From NCBI GenBank assembly GCA_017993505.1, contig JAGOMP010000005.1, forward strand, positions 16,537-80,536: 64,000 nucleotides of DNA. The letters are read 5' to 3'. The notes under the pieces were generated by a model that worked only from the letters and a program-made list of their open reading frames with translations, ran no database searches and was not told where the DNA came from. The DNA comes from Planctomycetota bacterium. GTDB taxonomy: Bacteria > Planctomycetota > Uabimicrobiia > Uabimicrobiales > JABWCH01. Positions 26,799-35,499 of this stretch are shown in pieces; positions within the stretch are counted from its first letter, which is position 1, and each line of letters opens with the position of its first letter. Both the position numbers and the translations under genes were made by a program.

Positions 26799-29480
26799 AT
26801 GAAAGCTAGGTATGTGTCATGGATAGGAGGAATTTTAGTTTTCCTCTGTTTAGTCGTAGGATGCCAAACTTCTACCTCAGTCAAACTAGAAGAATCAAAC
26901 TCCACACCTGTGGCTGACCAAGAAACGGAAAATGCAGAAACAGACCAACGTGCACAAGATACTTCTAGTTTAGAACTAGGAGATGCAGAACAACGATTAA
27001 GGCAACTGGAAGCGGATCAATTGTTGGAACAAAAACAGCAGGAAACTTTCATCCGACACCTGATTGCCACAGCAAAAAATAAAATATCCCAACACGAATA
27101 TAACGTAGCAAAAAACTTTTTAGATCAAGCATTACAACTTGATCCTGGACATGAAGAAGCATTACAATTACGTAGTTTAGTTGGCAATTTTTTAGGCGAA
27201 CTAGATTCTCAAACAACCACTCTTCATGACATGTATGTCAATGAAGTAAAAGTAAAAATTGAACAAGCCAAATTAGAAGCAAGAAATCATTACAGACAAG
27301 GTAATGAATATGTTGCTAAAAAAGAATATGATCTAGCCATAACAGAATATAATTCAGCTCTAGAAATTATCAAATGGGCACCTTATGAATTAGGTATGGA
27401 TAAATTACGAGAACAAATTGAAATCAAAATCAAAGAAACAGAGACACTTTCCGAAGCCTATCGTGCTGAAGAAAGACTAGCAAAAGTTGAAGAAGCTAGA
27501 CGTCAAGCAGAAATTTTTGAAGCTGAAGAACAGGCCCAACGAGCTAGCAAAATTCGTATACTCATTGAGCGAGCTACCGAATTTTATACTCGTCAGAAAT
27601 ACGACAAAGCAGAAGCCCTCATTCAACAAGTTCTCAGTGAAGATTCCTCCAATAAACTAGCCAAAAAACTCTTAGAAGATATTCGTGATTCTAGTCATTC
27701 ATTCATCGCAGAGAAAACCTTGCAAAAAAAAATCGACGAATGGAAACTTTTCCTAGAAGACATGAGACGAAGTTCCATACCTATTACAGACCTTATTGTA
27801 TATCCTGATAAAGAATATTGGCATAATGTTGTTAACAAAAGAAAAGACCAGTCTGATTTACATAGAACTGTTGCAGGAGAAGGAGATACCCCAGTTATTC
27901 AAAAAATTAAAACACAACTCCAGACAGTCAACATTTCTTTAAATTTTAGTGATACGCCTTTCCAAGATGTTATACGATACATTCATACAATTTCAGGAAT
28001 CAATATTGTTGTTGATCCAAAAATTATTCAAACCTTTGAAATTGAAGGTACACGAGTGAATTTACAAGTAAATTCACTGAAACTAGATGATGCCCTTCAA
28101 ATTCTTTTACAATTCCATGATTTAGTTTACCTATTCAAAGACGACGTGCTTTTTATCACAAGCAAAACTTCAGAACTAGCACGTGGCAAATCTATACCAG
28201 TTCTTCATGATATTCGTGACTTAACTGGTCAAATTAAAGATTTCCCAGGTCCTAAAATTCGCTTAATGACAGAGATAGATCAAGATAGTGGTGGTGCTAC
28301 ATTTGATGAAGAAGAAACAGAAAGTAAAACAGGATTTACTGGTGAAAAACTTACAGAACTAATTAAATCTACCATTGAACCAGAATCATGGGATAACGAA
28401 GACTATTCCATTGCGGAAACTTCAGGACAACTTCTTGTTGTTCATACAGAAGATGTGCAGAATGAAATCAAAAAATTTCTAAATGACATGAGACGATTCT
28501 CTGGTATGATGGTTGCTCTTGAATCTAGATTCATCCAAGTTACCGACGATTTTCTAGAACATGTTGGCATTGACTGGAGAGGTATTGGTGAAAATGCTCT
28601 TCAAGTTTATGATAAAACAAAACAGGAATTTGTAGATGTAATCGAAGGAAGAGATGATACTCACTTAGGTAGTGTAGATGATAGGAATGGTGCATTAGGA
28701 AAAGCAGATAACGATGGTAGACATCATCTCAATCCCAGTTCTGGTCTCTTTTTTGGAAAAGACAAAAAAGGTCATCAAGAGATGCGAATGCGTACAGAAC
28801 ATGTTGATAACTATGATGTAAATACACGGTTAAAAAAGACGGGTGGATTAGCTTTCCAAGTAGCATCCTTAGATGATACACAATTGAATGCAATTGTTTG
28901 GATGATTAAAAAAACAGGTCGTTCTGAAGTTTTAATGGCTCCACGTTTAACAGCATTCAACACACAGCGAGCAAGTTTAACCGTTGTAGAACAAACTTCC
29001 TATGTTAAAGACTTTGACGTAGAAGTTGCTCAATCGGCTTATATAGCTGACCCACAAATGGGAACATTACAAACAGGTGTTGTCCTAGATGTACGTCCTA
29101 CCATTTCCAATGATAGAAAATACATCACATTAGAATTAAGACCAACCATTGCACAATTAAGTGATCTTGTAGATACTCCTACAAGCTTAGGAAATAATAA
29201 CCAAGAAGTTACTATTCAAACACCAGAAATTATGCTTCAATGCGTGGAAACAACAGTACGAATACCAGATCAAGGAACATTACTCCTAGGTGGTCTCAAG
29301 AGCTATGTCAATTATGATAAAAAACTAGATGTTCCTGTATTAGGTGACATTCCCATTATTGGTTTCTTCTTCTCTCAAAGAACAAAAGCAGAAGAACAAC
29401 GTGATTTAATTATTTTAATTAAAGCTAAAATCATAGATTTAGAAGAAGAAGAAGAAAGAGCAGTAGGACTTCGAAAATAG
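26799..29480 (+). CDS. Secretin-family outer-membrane channel (GspD/PilQ-like) with long N-terminal TPR/coiled-coil extension; lipoprotein-type signal
   Basis: C-terminal secretin hallmarks (VPVLGDIPIIGFFFSQRTKAEEQRDLIILIKAKI). LVVGC lipobox. Start set to ATG 26799 (RBS GGTGGAGG) rather than the track's TTG 26784. Confidence 0.85.
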   Translation: MKARYVSWIGGILVFLCLVVGCQTSTSVKLEESNSTPVADQETENAETDQRAQDTSSLELGDAEQRLRQLEADQLLEQKQQETFIRHLIATAKNKISQHEYNVAKNFLDQALQLDPGHEEALQLRSLVGNFLGELDSQTTTLHDMYVNEVKVKIEQAKLEARNHYRQGNEYVAKKEYDLAITEYNSALEIIKWAPYELGMDKLREQIEIKIKETETLSEAYRAEERLAKVEEARRQAEIFEAEEQAQRASKIRILIERATEFYTRQKYDKAEALIQQVLSEDSSNKLAKKLLEDIRDSSHSFIAEKTLQKKIDEWKLFLEDMRRSSIPITDLIVYPDKEYWHNVVNKRKDQSDLHRTVAGEGDTPVIQKIKTQLQTVNISLNFSDTPFQDVIRYIHTISGINIVVDPKIIQTFEIEGTRVNLQVNSLKLDDALQILLQFHDLVYLFKDDVLFITSKTSELARGKSIPVLHDIRDLTGQIKDFPGPKIRLMTEIDQDSGGATFDEEETESKTGFTGEKLTELIKSTIEPESWDNEDYSIAETSGQLLVVHTEDVQNEIKKFLNDMRRFSGMMVALESRFIQVTDDFLEHVGIDWRGIGENALQVYDKTKQEFVDVIEGRDDTHLGSVDDRNGALGKADNDGRHHLNPSSGLFFGKDKKGHQEMRMRTEHVDNYDVNTRLKKTGGLAFQVASLDDTQLNAIVWMIKKTGRSEVLMAPRLTAFNTQRASLTVVEQTSYVKDFDVEVAQSAYIADPQMGTLQTGVVLDVRPTISNDRKYITLELRPTIAQLSDLVDTPTSLGNNNQEVTIQTPEIMLQCVETTVRIPDQGTLLLGGLKSYVNYDKKLDVPVLGDIPIIGFFFSQRTKAEEQRDLIILIKAKIIDLEEEEERAVGLRK

Positions 29481-29518
29481 TCATATTTTCTATGCTTGCA
29501 ATTTCTATACAATTTAAA

Positions 29519-29550
29519 AAAGAGTCATCATAAGATGGCTCTTTTCTTTT
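29519..29550 (+). terminator. Rho-independent terminator after the secretin gene
   Basis: AAAGAGTCATC-ATAA-GATGGCTCTTT (one G-U pair), followed by TCTTTT. Confidence 0.7.
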
Positions 29551-29571
29551 AATATTCAACGAAAGAAAAAA

Positions 29572-30297
29572 ATGACAAAGCCACTACAAGCTATATTTTT
29601 TGATGTAGATGACACGCTTTGTGCAACTACAGAATTCACACAACAAGCACGAAAAGATGCTATACAGGCAATGATCAACTATGGTCTAAATTTACCCCAT
29701 GAATATCTATATAATGAACTTCAAGAAGTGATTCAAGAATTCAGCAGTAACTATACACAACATTTTGATCAACTTCTTTTACGAATTCCAACTCATACAT
29801 ATCAAAACATCAACAAAGCTATACTCATTGCAGCAGCAGTAGCAGCATACCATGATGCTAAACATTGCTACCTTAAACCTCATCCAGATGTTCAAAGATT
29901 CTTAGAATACTTAGAACCAATGCCTATTATAAAAGGAGTCATTACACAAGGCTTCGCCATAAAACAAGCTGAAAAACTCATACGGCTCAATATATATACT
30001 TATTTAGATTGCAACGCCATTTTTATTACAGATCAAATAGGAATTTCTAAAAGCAACCCTAAAATCTATACACATATATGTCAAAAATGCAATATCCAAC
30101 CAGAACAAACAATCTACATAGGCGATAACCCTATACATGATATTGACACCGCCAACAAAGCAGGACTCATCACAGTGCGAGTATATCGTGGCAAATACAA
30201 AGATAAAAATGGAGAAACGCAAGCTCACTATGAAATACAAAATCTAGATCAACTACAAACCATATTACAACAAGACTTCACCTGTGTAGCAAAATAA
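29572..30297 (+). CDS. HAD-superfamily hydrolase
   Basis: Motif I FFDVDDTL. Motif IV GDNPIHDIDTANKAG. Confidence 0.8.
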   Translation: MTKPLQAIFFDVDDTLCATTEFTQQARKDAIQAMINYGLNLPHEYLYNELQEVIQEFSSNYTQHFDQLLLRIPTHTYQNINKAILIAAAVAAYHDAKHCYLKPHPDVQRFLEYLEPMPIIKGVITQGFAIKQAEKLIRLNIYTYLDCNAIFITDQIGISKSNPKIYTHICQKCNIQPEQTIYIGDNPIHDIDTANKAGLITVRVYRGKYKDKNGETQAHYEIQNLDQLQTILQQDFTCVAK

Positions 30298-30348
30298 TTC
30301 TTATCTATACTAAAATAAAATTAATTCCTCCTTCAAGGAAAACTTTAT

Positions 30349-31215
30349 ATGAAACGACCAAATTCCTTTAAAGTAAAAAAAGTACATCGATATAGACGAC
30401 TTATGCCCTATATCATGCCCACACGAAATGAATCTGTTGTTTACTATGATACATATGTGGAAGCAGAAAAATTATTACAATTTTTGGAAAAACATCAAAG
30501 TGATTCCCGACATATCACATTAACACATTTAGTAGTATATGCTTGTAAACAGGCACTTTACGAACATCCTAATCTCAATCAATATGTAGCTGGATATACC
30601 CTATACCAAAGAACAAAAGTAGAAATTTCTTTTTCTATAAAAAAAGAAAAAGTATCTAAATCACCACTCAAAATAATCAAACTTCTCATTGAAAAAGAAC
30701 ATACTTTACCTGACTTGATTCACAAGATCCAAGAAAAAATCGGAGTCGAACGTAGTGATAAAAAAACATACCTAGATAGAGAAATACATTTAGCCACCAT
30801 ATTACCACGATGCCTTCTACGCTTTGCCTGTTTTATCCTCCGAATTTTAGACTATTGGAACTTACTACCCCATGCTTTTATTGAAAAAGATCCCATGTAC
30901 GCTTCTCTATTTATCGCCAATCTAGGAAGTTTAGGACTGGATCCAGGATACCATCATCTCTATGAATATGGTGCTTGTTCTATTTTTTTAATGATGGGAG
31001 CAATAAAAAAAATGCCGGTAGTTGAAAATGACCAAGTCATTGTAAAAAATATGTTGCACTTCCGTTGGAGCTATGACGAACGAATTGATGATGGTCTCAG
31101 TGCAGTTACAGGTATTAAACGTGTAGTTGAAATCTTAGAAAATCCTGACAAATACTTTTCCCTAACTTCTTCCCCTACGCAACAACAAGATATCACAGAG
31201 AAAAACGCAGAATAA
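30349..31215 (+). CDS. Stand-alone 2-oxoacid dehydrogenase E2-type (CAT-like) acyltransferase catalytic domain homolog, catalytic His apparently replaced
   Basis: C-terminal SYDERIDDG aligns to the DHRxxDG motif (H to E). No lipoyl or E3-binding domains. Confidence 0.5.
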   Translation: MKRPNSFKVKKVHRYRRLMPYIMPTRNESVVYYDTYVEAEKLLQFLEKHQSDSRHITLTHLVVYACKQALYEHPNLNQYVAGYTLYQRTKVEISFSIKKEKVSKSPLKIIKLLIEKEHTLPDLIHKIQEKIGVERSDKKTYLDREIHLATILPRCLLRFACFILRILDYWNLLPHAFIEKDPMYASLFIANLGSLGLDPGYHHLYEYGACSIFLMMGAIKKMPVVENDQVIVKNMLHFRWSYDERIDDGLSAVTGIKRVVEILENPDKYFSLTSSPTQQQDITEKNAE

Positions 31216-31427
31216 ATTGTAGTTAAGTACAATAGAGTAGTTTAGCGTACTTTGCCCCAAGCAAGACGTAGAATAAAGTGATCCTAAGTAGTTTGTTTCA
31301 AGGCATATATTTTTGCCTCAGAGTAGTGGAGAGTAATTTTCCCAGAAAAATTTGTCCCAGAGTCATTGAGTAAAATACAATTCAATCAACGATCAAGAGC
31401 AAAGTAAAAAAAAAGAAAGGAAAAATA

Positions 31428-31559
31428 ATGAGTGAAGAAAAAAATTCAAGTTCTAAAGTCAAGGGTGGTATTATTGTACTTATTATTTCTATCATTCTTG
31501 CAGGTATAGTCTATTTTAGAGAAATTTTATTAAAACTATTTGAAAGTGTTACTAATTAA
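31428..31559 (+). CDS. Possible small membrane protein (43 aa)
   Basis: Own translation: MSEEKNSSSKVKGGIIVLIISIILAGIVYFREILLKLFESVTN. AAAGGAAAAATA precedes the ATG. A strong terminator follows immediately. Confidence 0.45.
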   Translation: MSEEKNSSSKVKGGIIVLIISIILAGIVYFREILLKLFESVTN

Positions 31560-31568
31560 TTAAAAATT

Positions 31569-31610
31569 AAGTACACAAAACTATTGCTAGTTTTGTGTAC
31601 TTTTATTTTC
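31569..31610 (+). terminator. Rho-independent terminator
   Basis: AAGTACACAAAACTA-TTGC-TAGTTTTGTGTACTT perfect 15-bp stem, then TTATTTTC. Confidence 0.85.
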
Positions 31611-31647
31611 AAGCAATCAAAAGTATTCTAACATAAAAGGTAAAACT

Positions 31648-33177
31648 ATGCAAACAGAGATAGAATTGTTTCCCCAAGATTATCTACAATTACAAGAATT
31701 GGGAATAAGAGCGGAATCAGTACAAAATCAATATCAAATTTTACAACAAGGATCAAATTATATTCAATTGGTACGTCCTTGCACATGGGGATCTGGAATC
31801 GTTCACCTTCATCGTCAATATTTTCCTATTTATTACCAATATTATGAAAAAGCTTTGCAAGAAGAACGTTTTTTAAAATTTGTACCAGCTTCTGGTGCAG
31901 CCAGTAGGATGTTTGACAATATAGATAAATATTTGCAACAATCTGATTCTATTCCCTTACCAGAAAACCCTACTACAGATCAAGAAAAAGAATTGCATAC
32001 ATTTTGCACAAATTTGCATAGATTTCCTTTTTATAAAGACTTACAAAATATTTTGCAACAACAAAATCTGAACTTAGAAATTGTACAATCTCAAAACGAC
32101 TATCGACCTATTTTCCAGATTTTATTACAAATATTACAATACCGTACTATTCCAAAAGCATTGTTGCCATTTCATTTTGATAAAAAGCGAATATACACAG
32201 CTTTAGAAGACCATATTTATGAAGCTATTGCTTATAGTAATGGCTGTGTTCACTTTACAATTCTCAAAGAAAAAGAACATGAGTACAAATCTTTAGAAAA
32301 AACAATCAGAGAACACATATTCCATCCTATTACGATTACTTACTCTTACCAAGATCCATCTACACAATCTATAGCTTTAGATTTAACAAACAATATACCT
32401 TTGCGAGATGAAGATAATCGCCTTATCTTCCATCCTGGTGGACATGGCAGTTTGCTACAAAATTTAGAGGAAACAAAAGGTGATATTGTCTTTATTAAGA
32501 ACATTGACAATGTTCTTGCACCTACTAAACAAACAATGACAATCTTCTACAAACAAATACTTGCAGGATATTTTCTCTCTATCCAAGATCAAATTCATAA
32601 AAGTCTCCATTCTTTAGAAAACAATCCTTCAGCGATCAAATTACGAGAAATATACGACTTTGTTACACATACACTGAATAATCCCATTGTACAGTTTTCT
32701 CATTTATCGCAACAAGAAAGAATAGAACAACTCTATGATAAACTCTATCGTCCTTTTAGAGTATGTGGGATGGTACGCCACAATGGAGAAGTTGGTGGAG
32801 GACCATTCTGGACTCTAAATAACCATGGTCAACTCTCGTTACAAATTGTAGAAAAACAACAAGTCAATATAAACGACGAACAACAAAAGCAAATTTGGCA
32901 ATCTGCTACATATGTCAATCCTGTTGATTTAGTTTGTGGTCTTCAAGATCATCATCAAAAACCTTATGAATTAAAAAAATACATAGATATATCCCAGACA
33001 CTCATTTCAAATAAAACGTATCATGGGAAAGACATTCGAGTCATAGAACACCCTGGGCTTTGGAATGGTGGTATGGCACAATGGAACACAATTTTTGTGG
33101 ACACTCCTATCCATATTTTCAATCCTGTAAAAAAAATAACTGATCTTCTGAATCCTTGGCATAGTAGTCGCCGTTAA
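31648..33177 (+). CDS. DUF4301-like protein (nucleotidyltransferase/UDP-sugar pyrophosphorylase-like fold suspected)
   Basis: LKFVPASGAASRMF motif and ~510 aa length match my recollection of the DUF4301 family. Needs HMM confirmation. Confidence 0.55.
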   Translation: MQTEIELFPQDYLQLQELGIRAESVQNQYQILQQGSNYIQLVRPCTWGSGIVHLHRQYFPIYYQYYEKALQEERFLKFVPASGAASRMFDNIDKYLQQSDSIPLPENPTTDQEKELHTFCTNLHRFPFYKDLQNILQQQNLNLEIVQSQNDYRPIFQILLQILQYRTIPKALLPFHFDKKRIYTALEDHIYEAIAYSNGCVHFTILKEKEHEYKSLEKTIREHIFHPITITYSYQDPSTQSIALDLTNNIPLRDEDNRLIFHPGGHGSLLQNLEETKGDIVFIKNIDNVLAPTKQTMTIFYKQILAGYFLSIQDQIHKSLHSLENNPSAIKLREIYDFVTHTLNNPIVQFSHLSQQERIEQLYDKLYRPFRVCGMVRHNGEVGGGPFWTLNNHGQLSLQIVEKQQVNINDEQQKQIWQSATYVNPVDLVCGLQDHHQKPYELKKYIDISQTLISNKTYHGKDIRVIEHPGLWNGGMAQWNTIFVDTPIHIFNPVKKITDLLNPWHSSRR

Positions 33178-33182
33178 AGGAG

Positions 33183-35255
33183 ATGTATATGAGATATATA
33201 TGTATTGTTTTTCTATTTTGTTTTTGCACTTTTGGATTTACACAACAGCAACAACAACTATTAGATACAAGAGTTCATCGTTATATTCAATGGATGCAAA
33301 CAAAACCAGAATCAGAATTATGGGATATTGTCACACGATTAGAAAACTTATCTTCCAAAGCAAGTCCCATTGTAAAAACTCAAATCTCCAAATTGGAAGG
33401 AAATGCTCTTATCGGTTGTTTAAAAGCCTTATTAGAATGGGGAGACGAAACAGAATATGCTTTAGATCAACTTATTGAAATTCTCCAAAAAGAAGAACAA
33501 AAAGACATACACATTAAAGCTCTTCAACTTATCGCATTATACGGAGACTATGAATGGGAAGAAGAACTGCAACCTATACTAGATAAGGCCACTGATCCCT
33601 TTGTTAGAATTGAACTTGCAAAAACACTTTGGCAATTGGCAAGAACAACACAAGGCACAGCTATTCTTCGCCAATATTTAAAATCTACAGATATAAAAAT
33701 AAAAAATACAGCTGCACTTGCATTGGCAGAAATTGGTGACATATCTACTGTTAAACCCATTCTTATGAATTTAAAACAACAACCTACTTTAGAAGGTAGA
33801 ATTGCCAGTATACTTCTACAAGAAGATATCAAAATACGTCGATACGAACGCCTCCTTCAACGAAAATTTTCTAGTGAAAAAAAACAAACAGAAAAGAAAC
33901 AAACAAATGAACTAGATATTGTTACAGAAATCTTAGACAATATAATGAAATACCATGTCTCCGCAGATAAATATTCGCGACAAACATTGATTGATCATGC
34001 TGTAAAATCTATGGCATCTAAAACAGACCAATATACATCTTTTTTAGATGAAGAAGAATGGAAACGGCTAAATCAAAAACTAGCGAAAGAACAATTTTCT
34101 GGCATTGGCGTTTATATGCGAGTAGTAGACGGTTCTTTTATCATAACAGAACCAATCTATTCAGGTCCAGCGTATAAAGAAGGGATTCGTTCGTCAGATA
34201 AGATCATAATGATCGATGATTGGGAAACAAAAAACGCCACTTTAGAGCAAGTCACTGAACGAACAAAAGGACCTACCAACACAAAAGTTAGGATAAAAGT
34301 TCAGAGAGCTGGGTATAATCAACCTTTAGAATTTAATATCACAAGACAAGACGTAAAAATAGAAAGCGTTTATTCCCAACAACTTCCCAACAACATTGTA
34401 TATATATCTTTGAGTCAATTTGGACTTCATGCTGTTAATGATTTTGAATTAGCTTTAAAAAAATATAAAGACACAAAGGGACTTATTATTGATTTACGAG
34501 GCAATGGAGGCGGTTTGATCTACATTGCCACAAAAATTGCAGAACTCTTTCTACCTAACGATACATTGGTAGTATATACTCAGGGCAGACACTCTATAAA
34601 AGGACAACGTAAAGACTTTAAAACAGAAAAACAGAATCCTATCACTATACCAATTGCTATTCTCATAGATGAAGATTCTGCTAGTGCTTCTGAAATTCTA
34701 GCTGGTGCATTGCAATACCATAAAAGAGCCACCATTATTGGGAAACAATCCTTAGGAAAAGGTTCTGTACAAGAATTAATACAGTTACAAAGTCGCTCTG
34801 ATACTCGCTTAAAACTTACTATAGCCATGTATTACCTACCTGATGGCAAATGCATTCATAATGAACATGATGAGGCTGGAAACATTATGAAACGAAATGG
34901 AATTCATCCAGATATTCCTGTAACAGCAACATACCCACTCATTACAGAAGAAGACATAAAAGAACGAGAAAAATTTATTTCTCAACAAATTTTTCGTAAA
35001 TATATTCATGCAAATTATCCTGCAAATGAAAAATTATTTCAAAAATTAGCGATTCATGATGACAAAAAATATGAAAATTATCCTAATTTCCTAGAATGGT
35101 ACACTTCTCTTCAAACAAATATTTCAAAAGATACAATGCGACGATGGCTACGAAACGATTTACGACAATATATTTCTGACTTAAAGGCTGAACATTTTGC
35201 TTGCGATTTACAGGAAGACATTGTTCTACAAACAGCCTTCGAAATATTTAAATAA
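33183..35255 (+). CDS. S41-family C-terminal processing peptidase (Ctp/Tsp) with N-terminal HEAT-like repeats and PDZ domain
   Basis: PDZ GIGVYMRVVDGSFIITEPIYSGPAYKEGIRSSDKII. IIDLRGNGGG. Catalytic-Ser region LIDEDSASASEILAGAL. GKGSVQ lysine region. Confidence 0.85.
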   Translation: MYMRYICIVFLFCFCTFGFTQQQQQLLDTRVHRYIQWMQTKPESELWDIVTRLENLSSKASPIVKTQISKLEGNALIGCLKALLEWGDETEYALDQLIEILQKEEQKDIHIKALQLIALYGDYEWEEELQPILDKATDPFVRIELAKTLWQLARTTQGTAILRQYLKSTDIKIKNTAALALAEIGDISTVKPILMNLKQQPTLEGRIASILLQEDIKIRRYERLLQRKFSSEKKQTEKKQTNELDIVTEILDNIMKYHVSADKYSRQTLIDHAVKSMASKTDQYTSFLDEEEWKRLNQKLAKEQFSGIGVYMRVVDGSFIITEPIYSGPAYKEGIRSSDKIIMIDDWETKNATLEQVTERTKGPTNTKVRIKVQRAGYNQPLEFNITRQDVKIESVYSQQLPNNIVYISLSQFGLHAVNDFELALKKYKDTKGLIIDLRGNGGGLIYIATKIAELFLPNDTLVVYTQGRHSIKGQRKDFKTEKQNPITIPIAILIDEDSASASEILAGALQYHKRATIIGKQSLGKGSVQELIQLQSRSDTRLKLTIAMYYLPDGKCIHNEHDEAGNIMKRNGIHPDIPVTATYPLITEEDIKEREKFISQQIFRKYIHANYPANEKLFQKLAIHDDKKYENYPNFLEWYTSLQTNISKDTMRRWLRNDLRQYISDLKAEHFACDLQEDIVLQTAFEIFK

Positions 35256-35374
35256 TGCGACGATGGTTACGAAACGATTTACGACAATACATTTCTGACT
35301 TAAAGGCTGAACATTTTGCTTGCGATTTACAGGAAGATATTGTTCTACAAACAGCCATAAAAATATTTAAATAA
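35136..35374 (+). repeat. 119-bp tandem duplication spanning the ctp stop codon (last 39 codons duplicated)
   Basis: Copy 1 at 35136-35254, copy 2 at 35255-35373, 6 mismatches by eye. Copy 2 starts with an ATG sharing the final A of the ctp TAA. Confidence 0.9.
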
Positions 35375-35380
35375 TAAAAA

Positions 35381-35428
35381 AATACAAACGAGATTTAATA
35401 TTTATCTAAAATTTCGTTTGTATTTTTT
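35381..35428 (+). terminator. Rho-independent terminator after ctp and its duplication
   Basis: AATACAAACGAGATTT ... AAATTTCGTTTGTATT (16-bp stem, 1 mismatch), followed by TTTT. Confidence 0.7.
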
Positions 35429-35499
35429 AATGTATTGATAATTTTGCAGTGAAATTTATAAAAGGAGGTAATTTTTAAAAACAACAATAAATTTTCATT

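Noticed and set aside
35244-35260. Programmed -1 frameshift or readthrough linking ctp to the duplicated 39-codon copy (TTTAAAT-like sequence at the junction)
   Set aside because: The zero frame reads ATA TTT AAA TAA. The heptamer is therefore not in the X_XXY_YYZ phase needed for tandem slippage. No downstream structure sits at the right distance either. The copy is more simply a duplication scar.
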